Positions 1 to 5,114 of a DNA stretch of 5,114 nt are shown here, in pieces (position 1 is the stretch's first letter; each line of letters begins with the position of its first letter). Below the pieces are notes generated by a model. The model was given only the letters and a program-made list of their open reading frames with translations. It did no database searches and was not told where the DNA came from. Where the stretch lies: sequence record NZ_CP110401.1; one strand, written 5' to 3'. The translations under genes and the position numbers were made by a program. Source of the DNA: a plasmid.

Positions 1-135
1 TGTCTTTTTGCGTTTTTTGCGACAGAAAGCGACTGAGGGCGTTTTAAGGGGGGCGCACAACGGGAGTTATGGTAAATGGATCGGGTTTGCGGGAAGACTC
101 GACAGGTTTTGTCGTTGGGGGTAGTGTAAGCGACT

Positions 136-245
136 GAAAAACAAACGCCCCTGAAATTCGTGTCTATCCGGCAAGACTTTCACGAAGATACAGGGGCGAT
201 GTCGGTCGATAACCTGGAAGGAATCGTAACACATGAGCGCCGCGC
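136..245 (-). ncRNA. Putative RNAI-like antisense RNA complementary to the rep mRNA leader. The 3' end is defined by a nested hairpin at 146-198 plus a T-run, and the 5' end is approximate.
   Basis: The + strand 'cgcccctg' (146-153) pairs with 'caggggcg' (191-198). An internal 'ttcgtg'/'cacgaa' inverted repeat sits between them. On the minus strand the structure is followed by 'GTTTGTTTTTC' (complement of 136-145), the layout of a rho-independent terminator. ColE2-family plasmids are known to control Rep translation with an approximately 115-nt antisense RNAI against the rep 5' UTR. No promoter could be pinned down. Confidence 0.35.
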
Positions 246-1168
246 TTCAATACTTCGAAGAAAATTTACCTCACCGTCCCTATCACACGGATGAGCTCGC
301 TTTCGGTCTTCGTATCTCCGGCAAAGGGCGTGCGCTGCTTGCTCGCTACATCCAGCAAAATCAGCCTCATGCGCAGTTCTGGCTGGTTTTTGACGTTGAC
401 CGCGTAGGAGCTGCGATTGACTGGAGCGACCGGAACGCCCCCGCGCCGAACATCACCGTAAAAAATCCCGAGAACGGGCACGCTCACCTGCTCTACGCGC
501 TCAATCTTGCCGTGAGAACCGCGCCTGATGCGTCGGTTAAGGCGCTGAAATACGCCGCTGCAATTGAACGTGCGCTGTGTGAGAAACTTGACGCAGATGT
601 GAACTACAGCGGACTGATTTGCAAAAATCCGTTCCACCTGGAATGGCAGGTGATGGAGTGGCGCGAGGAAGCCTACGCCCTCGATGAACTGGCTGATTAT
701 CTCGATTTGAGAGCCTCAGAGCGTCGTAGCGTCGATAAACATTACGGGCTGGGGCGAAACTGCCATCTGTTCGAAATGACGCGCAAATGGGCTTACAGGG
801 CGATTCGGCAGGGCTGGCCAGCATTCTCACAGTGGCTTGATGCTGTGATTCAGCGTGTCGAAATGTACAACGCATCGCTTCCCGTTCCGCTTTCTCCGCC
901 TGAATGTCGGGCTATTGGCAAGAGCATTGCGAAATACACGCACAGGAACTTCACGCCGGAAAGTTTCGCACAGTATGTGGCTGATACGCACACACCAGAA
1001 ATACAGGCCAAGAGAGGCCGGAAAGGTGGCATCGCTAAAGGCGAAGCCTACGATGACAAGCGTTTCATGGCGCTATGTATGCTGGAGAATGGATATTCTC
1101 AGAAAGCTATTGCGGCGATGCTGAATGTACATCGTAATACGATCCGTAATTGGGCAATGCACAAATAG
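233..1168 (+). CDS. rep: ColE2-family plasmid replication initiator Rep (plasmid-specified primase). C-terminal ori-binding region present.
   Basis: 311-aa ORF with an ATG start and a TAG stop. The protein shows strong recalled similarity to ColE2/ColE3 Rep (N-terminus 'MSA.LQ.F...LPH.PY', then 'ARYIQQNQPHAQFWLVFDVDR', 'NITVKNPENGHAHLLYAL', 'YSGLICKNP', 'YGLGRNCHLFE', 'RQGWP.FSQWLDAVIQRVEMYNASLPVPLSP.ECRAIGKSIAKYTHR'). A 'ggaagga' Shine-Dalgarno sits at 216-222. A ColE2-type origin follows immediately 3' of the stop codon. Confidence 0.9.
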   Translation: MSAALQYFEENLPHRPYHTDELAFGLRISGKGRALLARYIQQNQPHAQFWLVFDVDRVGAAIDWSDRNAPAPNITVKNPENGHAHLLYALNLAVRTAPDASVKALKYAAAIERALCEKLDADVNYSGLICKNPFHLEWQVMEWREEAYALDELADYLDLRASERRSVDKHYGLGRNCHLFEMTRKWAYRAIRQGWPAFSQWLDAVIQRVEMYNASLPVPLSPPECRAIGKSIAKYTHRNFTPESFAQYVADTHTPEIQAKRGRKGGIAKGEAYDDKRFMALCMLENGYSQKAIAAMLNVHRNTIRNWAMHK

Positions 1169-1213
1169 CCTATATCAGATAACAGCGCCTTTTCGGCGTC
1201 TTTTTGAGCAGCG
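1169..1213. other. ColE2-type origin of vegetative replication. Rep binds here and makes the short primer RNA.
   Basis: 'cctatatcagataacagcgccttttcggcgtctttttgagcag' lies 1 bp after the rep stop. It closely matches the recalled ColE2-P9 minimal ori motif '...TATCAGATAACAGCGCC(C)TTTTGGCGTCTTTTTGAG...'. It has the same position relative to rep as in ColE2/ColE3. Confidence 0.75.
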
Positions 1214-1254
1214 GGCTTTCCGGCGGTTTTCTCCTTTCAGCCCAGCAATGGTGC

Positions 1255-1331
1255 GGCTTACCGTATGATTGAGGTGGTCGTGCTCGCCGCAGTCTCATGA
1301 CCGAGCGTAGCGAGCGAATGAGCGAGGAAGC
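1255..1331. other. ColE1-like single-strand initiation / primosome assembly region (n'-pas/ssiA homolog) for lagging-strand priming.
   Basis: 'accgtat...ttgaggtgg..gctcgccgcag......gaccgagcgtagcgagcgaatgagcgaggaagc' aligns almost colinearly with the pBR322/pUC segment just downstream of the ColE1 ori ('aaccgtatt...ttgagtgag...gctcgccgcagccgaacgaccgagcgcagcgagtcagtgagcgaggaagcggaagagc'). PriA (factor Y/n') sites have been mapped in that segment. ColE2-type plasmids are reported to carry an ssiA of this kind. Confidence 0.45.
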
Positions 1332-1361
1332 ACCAGGGAACTGGAACGTGAACGGAGGCTC

Positions 1362-1808
1362 TTACGCACTGTCTTTGGTGAGTAGCTCTTTCCCGCGTTT
1401 TTCCCATTCCTGCCATTTTGGATGGTTGTGCGGTAGCTCTGCGATTCCTGCGAGTGCGCCTACCAGTTCGGCAGCACTAAACTTTGGCTTTCCGGTTTTG
1501 CTGTCCACCAGTCCTGCCACAATCATGAGGCCTGCGGCCTTGTAGAGTTCATGATCCCGCGCCTTTCGTTCCGCCCTTGCGGCTGCCTTCCGTTCTGCCG
1601 CTATGATTGCCGTTACTCTGGCTTTTGCTGCGGCTGCTTTCTCTGCGGTTTTTTCTGCCCGTATCAGTGCGGACAACGTTTTTTCATCCGTCGTTGTTCG
1701 GTTTTTTTTCTCTGCCAGTAACACAAGTAATCTCTGCTGCTCTGATGGTGATTTCAGTCCGTTGATGTAGGCAATTTTTGCACTTAACCACTCTTCACGA
1801 TTTGTCAT
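1362..1808 (-). CDS. mobC: Mobilization accessory protein, MobC family (RSF1010-type relaxosome/oriT strand-opening protein). The start is probably the internal ATG at 1808. The longest ORF extends to 1895.
   Basis: The C-terminal part ('AAERKAAARAERKARDHELYKAAGLMIVAGLVDSK') resembles RSF1010 MobC ('ERKNETRRKVLVGAMILAKV...'). The gene is divergent from a MOBQ relaxase gene with an oriT-like site between them, as in RSF1010. 'gcaGAGGTaaga' precedes the ATG at 1808 (M-T-N-R-E-E-W...). The upstream in-frame ATG at 1895 has no obvious Shine-Dalgarno. Confidence 0.7.
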   Translation of the reverse strand: MTNREEWLSAKIAYINGLKSPSEQQRLLVLLAEKKNRTTTDEKTLSALIRAEKTAEKAAAAKARVTAIIAAERKAAARAERKARDHELYKAAGLMIVAGLVDSKTGKPKFSAAELVGALAGIAELPHNHPKWQEWEKRGKELLTKDSA

Positions 1809-1920
1809 TCTTACCTCTGCACTTTTGCCGTTAATGTGAGTTGTTATTATGCATAATATCACCTTGTTTGCCTGCGTGTGAGACCGTAAAATCATCCATG
1901 ATTAATTCAGGGATGCGCAC

Positions 1921-1965
1921 TTAGTAGTTTCTCTCCTTCGTCGAGAAACTGTGCGCTCCTGCGGA
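1921..1965 (+). other. Origin of transfer (oriT), RSF1010/MOBQ-like, with an inverted repeat followed by a nick-region motif.
   Basis: Perfect 8-bp inverted repeat 'agtttctc' (1926-1933) and 'gagaaact' (1943-1950) with a 9-nt spacer. Then 'gtgcg|ctcct' (predicted nick near 1955/1956). Compare RSF1010 oriT 'CCAGTTTCTCGAAGAGAAACCGGTAAGTGCG|CCCTCCC'. It sits between divergent mobC and mobA, as in IncQ plasmids. Confidence 0.6.
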
Positions 1966-1979
1966 GGGCTAAAAGGCAG

Positions 1980-3530
1980 ATGGCAAGCTACCATTGCACT
2001 GTCAAAGCTGGAGCAAAAGGCAGTGCCTTAAAACATGCTGATTACATTTCCAGATCCGGCGAATATAAGAGTTACAAATCGCGGGAGGATCTGGAATTTT
2101 CGTCATCCGGTAACATGCCATCATGGGCGAAGAAAAATCCCGCAGAGCTATGGAAAGCCGCAGATGAATTTGAACGAAAAAACGGGACTGCATACCGTGA
2201 AATTGAGATCGCGTTACCGCGTGAACTGACACGCGAACAACGGATAGAACTTGTTGAAGATTTCGTGCAAAAGGAACTTGGCGATCGCCATGCCTACCAG
2301 TACGCGATCCACAATCCGCCAGGTGCAATCGACGGAAAGGAACAGCCACACGCGCATATCATGTTTTGCGAGCGGATTAATGATGGTATTGAACGCGATC
2401 CACAGCAATTTTTTAAACGTGCCAACAGCAAATCACCAGAGCGGGGAGGCGCAAAAAAAGCGAGTATTCCCCAGACAGCCGGAGAGCGAAAAGCCGCCCT
2501 TGTTGCGCTGCGTTCCCGCTGGGCAGATGTGCAGAATGAGCACCTTGCGCGACACGGTCACGAGTCGCGCGTAGATCATCGTTCTCTGAAAGAACAGGGT
2601 ATCAATCGCACGCCGGAAGTTCATCTTGGCCCCGTTCAGGCCGCCAGTCTGAATGGGGAGCAGATTGTTGCAATCCAGGAACGGAGGAATGCCGAGCGGG
2701 AACTCAAGACCGCCAGAGATGCCGCAAATGCCATTCAGCAGGAACAGGAGCAAAAGCAAAAAATCAAGGCAGTTGAGCCTGTTCGTTCAGCCCGTTCACC
2801 GGAGTTATTGCTTCAGTACCGCAAGGTTATGAAAACGGTCATTCAGGGAGAGGCAAGGCTTGCTCGTTTAGGGGATGCCAATCCCAATGCGCTCAAAGAA
2901 CATAAGCTGCTTCAGAATGCGAAAGCTAAAAAAGACTCTCTTTCCGAATGGAGTAGACGAATATATGAAGGGGCACGGTATTTAGACAAACTGGGGCGTA
3001 ATGTTGTTTCCGCACAAAGGGAGCTGCGGGAGCTACAGGAACAACGCAATGCTTTGAATGGGATTCGTGGCCTGTTTCGGGGGGCTGACAAAAGGGAGAT
3101 TGATGCGCGTATTCTGGAGCAAAAAAGTGTGCTGGAAACCGCTGAACATGAAAGGAATGAATTCAGGAACAAGCTACAGCAAGCCGAATCCGAGTGGGAC
3201 AAAGAAAACGCTGCTTTTAAGCGTACCGAGGGATATAAGTACGTTGGGGAGCTGGACAGGTACAGAGAACGCGAGATTCTGGCGGCGGCATCTTTAGAGA
3301 ACACCAGGCAAAAGGTTGCTGAAGAGGTATCCGTTGCCCGTAGCCAGATGTTATCTCTGGAGCCTGAACTCAGTATATCTGGAGATGAAAAAGCTCAAAT
3401 GCGACATGAGTTACTGGCAGAAATGGCGCAGGAACGGCAGCAACAGGAGGAAAAAGCACTGTGTATACAGCGATCCTGGGCCAGGGGGGTATCACGTAGT
3501 AACGAACGTGATCAAGATATGGAGCGTTGA
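1980..3530 (+). CDS. mobA: MOBQ-family conjugative relaxase (MobA/MobL domain) with a long charged, coiled-coil-like C-terminal extension and no primase domain.
   Basis: 516-aa ORF. The N-terminus 'MASYHCTVKAGAKGSALKHADYISRSGEY' parallels RSF1010 MobA 'MAIYHLTAKTGSRSGGQSARAKADYIQREGKY'. Predicted catalytic Tyr is Y22 (RSF1010 Y25). Histidine-triad motif 'HAHIMFCERINDG' compares with RSF1010 'HCHLMISERINDG'. Also 'GGAKKA', 'RVDHRSLKEQGI.RTPEVHLGP'. An 'aagg' Shine-Dalgarno lies 3 nt before the ATG. Confidence 0.9.
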   Translation: MASYHCTVKAGAKGSALKHADYISRSGEYKSYKSREDLEFSSSGNMPSWAKKNPAELWKAADEFERKNGTAYREIEIALPRELTREQRIELVEDFVQKELGDRHAYQYAIHNPPGAIDGKEQPHAHIMFCERINDGIERDPQQFFKRANSKSPERGGAKKASIPQTAGERKAALVALRSRWADVQNEHLARHGHESRVDHRSLKEQGINRTPEVHLGPVQAASLNGEQIVAIQERRNAERELKTARDAANAIQQEQEQKQKIKAVEPVRSARSPELLLQYRKVMKTVIQGEARLARLGDANPNALKEHKLLQNAKAKKDSLSEWSRRIYEGARYLDKLGRNVVSAQRELRELQEQRNALNGIRGLFRGADKREIDARILEQKSVLETAEHERNEFRNKLQQAESEWDKENAAFKRTEGYKYVGELDRYREREILAAASLENTRQKVAEEVSVARSQMLSLEPELSISGDEKAQMRHELLAEMAQERQQQEEKALCIQRSWARGVSRSNERDQDMER

Positions 3531-3568
3531 AAATGTAGCAATATCGGGACTGCGCCCCGAACCCCGCC

Positions 3569-3616
3569 AACGTTTCACGGAACGCGAAAAAATTCCGCGT
3601 CCCGTGAAACGTTTTC
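3569..3616 (+). terminator. Long interrupted hairpin between convergent genes. It is the likely transcription terminator for mobA and possibly bidirectional.
   Basis: 'aacgtttcacgg' (3569-3580) is the exact reverse complement of 'ccgtgaaacgtt' (3602-3613). An inner 5-bp extension ('acgcg'/'cgcgt') gives about a 17-bp stem with one mismatch and an A/T loop. 'gttttctg' runs out of the 3' arm on the + strand. Confidence 0.45.
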
Positions 3617-3688
3617 TGAATGAGAAAAATTGTCGTTTTGATTTACTCACAGTTCAGATTAATGAAGTTAACAGGTGTTAAATATTTG

Positions 3689-3714
3689 CAGGTGGTTATA
3701 TGTGTAACCACCTG
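3689..3714 (-). terminator. Hairpin just downstream of the lipoprotein gene stop. It is the candidate terminator for the minus-strand cargo transcript.
   Basis: Perfect 10-bp inverted repeat 'caggtggtta'/'taaccacctg' with a 6-nt loop, 11 bp after the stop (3726). On the minus strand it is followed by A/T-rich 'caaatatttaac'. The U-tract is weak. Confidence 0.35.
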
Positions 3715-3725
3715 TAAGGGAAGGA

Positions 3726-4826
3726 CTAAAACTTAGTGCAATCTTCTATTTTATAATAAATACTATTTTTTATTGATGTTACAAAGTCCCGAGGTATTTG
3801 ATTTTTGCTGTAGTTAATGTATGCATATTGCAATAGTTGTTTATGAAAGTTTTCAGCTCTATTCTTTCCCTGAAAATTATATGTCAACACCCCATCTAAA
3901 TAATCAACTCCTCCGGTATCTGTTACAAACCAGTAATAGGTTAATTTGACATCTGAGATATTTAGTTTTTTCCTACAATCATTTAACTTTTCACCTATTT
4001 CTATATTGTGTTTTTTTAAATCAGAAATTATTTGAGGTGCTCTATCTTGGCTTCTTTTGTAGATATTTAGAAAGTTATCATCAAAGTATATATTTGTTTT
4101 TTTTATGCATTCATCTGCGTTCTCACAGGGGGGGACACGTTCGTAGAAACCGGGGAAGTTTTTAGTTATTAATGGTGATGCATTTTTCTTAAACGATTGA
4201 TATACTTTATATATATGCTTTTCGCATGATTCTTTTGCATACTCTTCACTTACATCACGCCAACTGTAACTATCGGCAGATTGAATGTATTCGTACCCAC
4301 CACAAATTTCATTTAGCGCATTGTCATTATGGTCCTTTAGATATAGCATTCTGTCTAAATAAGGGCTAATTGTGAGTTTGCTATATATCATTGGATCTTC
4401 ATTAAAAGCACTGTTTAGCTTTCTTATATGATCTATTATGACCTCTTTTGTTTTTTCCACCAGAGGCGTTTTCTGTTTGTATTCCTCTAGTGATTCATTG
4501 GTTGATTTTATGCTGTTGTTATTTTGTGCTATAGAATATTCAGCCTTATCTTCAGGTTCTTGCATAATGGCTGAATTTATTATTTTTAGGCCACTTTCAC
4601 TAATATCACAGGTATATGTGACGATGGTTCTTCCTCGATCATCCTCTTTTTCACTCCATGTGCCATTGATGCAATCACTCCTTGTATCGAAGGCTTTACC
4701 AACAGTCATTGAGTCGTCAATGTCGTAATATACGAAAGACTTTACCTTGCTTATTCCATCAGAGTCGCATCCTGAAATAAAAAATGACGACAATAAAGGA
4801 AGGATATGTTTAAAGTTAATATTCAT
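3726..4826 (-). CDS. AT-rich cargo gene for a cysteine-rich predicted lipoprotein of unknown function, with Asp at +2 (inner-membrane retention signal). The start is probably the ATG at 4826 (MNINFKH...). Alternatives are the ATG at 4835 or the TTG at 4850.
   Basis: 374-codon open frame. The N-terminus 'MNINFKHILPLLSSFFISGC|DSD' has a basic n-region, a hydrophobic core and a lipobox-like 'ISGC' with D at +2. The mature part has about 10 Cys and many N/K/Y/D. A weak 'ggga' Shine-Dalgarno precedes the ATG at 4826. G+C is markedly lower than in the backbone. Terminated by a hairpin. I recognise no conserved enzymatic motif. Confidence 0.75.
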   Translation of the reverse strand: MNINFKHILPLLSSFFISGCDSDGISKVKSFVYYDIDDSMTVGKAFDTRSDCINGTWSEKEDDRGRTIVTYTCDISESGLKIINSAIMQEPEDKAEYSIAQNNNSIKSTNESLEEYKQKTPLVEKTKEVIIDHIRKLNSAFNEDPMIYSKLTISPYLDRMLYLKDHNDNALNEICGGYEYIQSADSYSWRDVSEEYAKESCEKHIYKVYQSFKKNASPLITKNFPGFYERVPPCENADECIKKTNIYFDDNFLNIYKRSQDRAPQIISDLKKHNIEIGEKLNDCRKKLNISDVKLTYYWFVTDTGGVDYLDGVLTYNFQGKNRAENFHKQLLQYAYINYSKNQIPRDFVTSIKNSIYYKIEDCTKF

Positions 4827-4880
4827 TTTTCCCATTTTTATTTCTAACAATAACGAGGAAATATTAATACAGGCGATATG

Positions 4881-5114
4881 TTAATGGAATCCATACATAC
4901 CGATAAACCGACTTACTATGTTTGTGCTCAACGTCTTACGCAGTTCGAAAAGATTTCGCACCAGTTCACCTTTTTCTGGATGAGAAAGTTTGCTGTTTTG
5001 ACCTGTTCGCTGTTCAAAACGAGTGAAACCGGACATGAATCGCTTTCGTGCATAGTTATGCAGCCCCCTGAAAACAATTCTGGCGCGTTTTTTTGGTCTG
5101 GCCTGTTGTTTCCC
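4881..5114 (-). CDS. Partial ORF (3' end only; open to the window edge) upstream of and co-oriented with the lipoprotein gene. Hypothetical basic protein.
   Basis: The minus-strand frame is open from 5114 to the TAA at 4883-4881 and translates as '...GKQQARPKKRARIVFRGLHNYARKRFMSGFTRFEQRTGQNSKLSHPEKGELVRNLFELRKTLSTNIVSRFIGMYGFH*'. It would also work from the internal ATG at 5036 (51 aa). It ends 46-55 bp before the lipoprotein start. The composition is protein-like, but an overlapping + strand frame (4878 to end) is also open, so the call is uncertain. Confidence 0.3.
   Translation of the reverse strand, partial: GKQQARPKKRARIVFRGLHNYARKRFMSGFTRFEQRTGQNSKLSHPEKGELVRNLFELRKTLSTNIVSRFIGMYGFH

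Noticed and set aside
266-1124. Several ORFs nested in or antisense to rep (266-637 minus, 537-875 minus, 850-1032 minus, 855-1124 plus)
   Set aside because: They lie entirely inside the well-supported rep frame. They have no Shine-Dalgarno motif and their translations are R/C-rich and unprotein-like. They are typical shadow ORFs of a GC-rich gene.
1297-1545. 82-aa + strand ORF spanning the pas-like region and overlapping mobC antisense
   Set aside because: It overlaps the conserved non-coding ColE1-like segment and the mobC coding region on the opposite strand. It has no RBS. Its composition is low-complexity Ser/Ala/Leu.
2002-2759. ORFs inside the relaxase gene (2002-2349 minus, 2035-2229 plus, 2214-2408 minus, 2251-2574 plus, 2433-2759 minus), considered as a possible nested mobB as in RSF1010
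   Set aside because: None resembles RSF1010 MobB (no hydrophobic segment). None has a Shine-Dalgarno motif. The 107-aa + frame translation is Ser/Thr/Arg-rich noise.
2912-3304. 130-aa minus-strand ORF and 79-aa + ORF within the mobA coiled-coil region
   Set aside because: The Ser/Leu/Cys-rich antisense translation is characteristic of the reverse strand of an E/R/Q-rich coding region. There are no start signals.
3370-3570. 66-aa minus-strand ORF antisense to the mobA 3' end
   Set aside because: Antisense shadow ORF with no supporting signals.
3316-3681. 121-aa + strand ORF spanning the mobA 3' end and the intergenic hairpins
   Set aside because: It overlaps the mobA frame for about 215 nt and then runs through two strong hairpin structures. 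It has no RBS. Its protein is rich in W/R/C/K and implausible.
4438-4728. 96-aa + strand ORF antisense to the lipoprotein gene
   Set aside because: It is fully contained within the much longer and better-supported minus-strand lipoprotein frame. Its F/L/S-rich translation is typical of the antisense of an AT-rich gene.
4878-5114. + strand frame open from the ATG at 4878 to the window end ('MLMESIHTDKPTYYVCAQRL...FFWSGLLFP')
   Set aside because: Aromatic/Cys-rich odd composition and no clear Shine-Dalgarno. It overlaps the minus-strand frame that I judge more protein-like. Not excluded; it needs the adjacent sequence.
1-5114. Search for CRISPR repeats, iterons, IS/transposase, integrase, colicin/immunity/lysis genes, or a toxin-antitoxin pair
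   Set aside because: There are no regularly spaced direct repeats and no transposase/integrase-like ORFs. No colicin or lysis gene is present despite the ColE2-type backbone. ColE2-type replication does not use iterons.

Overview
This window looks like most or all of a small mobilizable ColE2-family plasmid backbone from an enterobacterium, carrying one AT-rich cargo gene. Left to right:

- A 5' leader (1-232) has a nested inverted-repeat structure followed on the minus strand by a T-run. This fits an RNAI-type antisense terminator controlling rep.
- A ColE2-type Rep primase/initiator gene lies at 233-1168. A ColE2-like origin ('tatcagataacagcgcc...ggcgtctttttgag') begins 1 bp after the rep stop codon.
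- About 70 bp further on is a stretch closely similar to the ColE1/pBR322 sequence just downstream of ori, the region of the n'/PriA primosome-assembly site.
- A divergent MOBQ mobilization module follows. It comprises an RSF1010-type MobC accessory gene (minus), an intergenic RSF1010-like oriT (8-bp inverted repeat plus a 'tgcg|ctcc' nick-like motif), and a 516-aa MobA/MobL relaxase with no primase domain.
- Next come a long hairpin between convergent genes and a second hairpin terminator.
- The cargo is a conspicuously AT-rich gene on the minus strand (3726-4826) for a roughly 366-aa cysteine-rich predicted lipoprotein. It has Asp at position +2, which predicts inner-membrane retention. I recognise no domain in it.
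- Upstream of the cargo gene a reading frame runs off the window end, suggesting a further gene.

No rRNA, tRNA, CRISPR, transposase or integrase is evident. The cargo lipoprotein, with the partial ORF that may share its transcript, is the best candidate for something undescribed.
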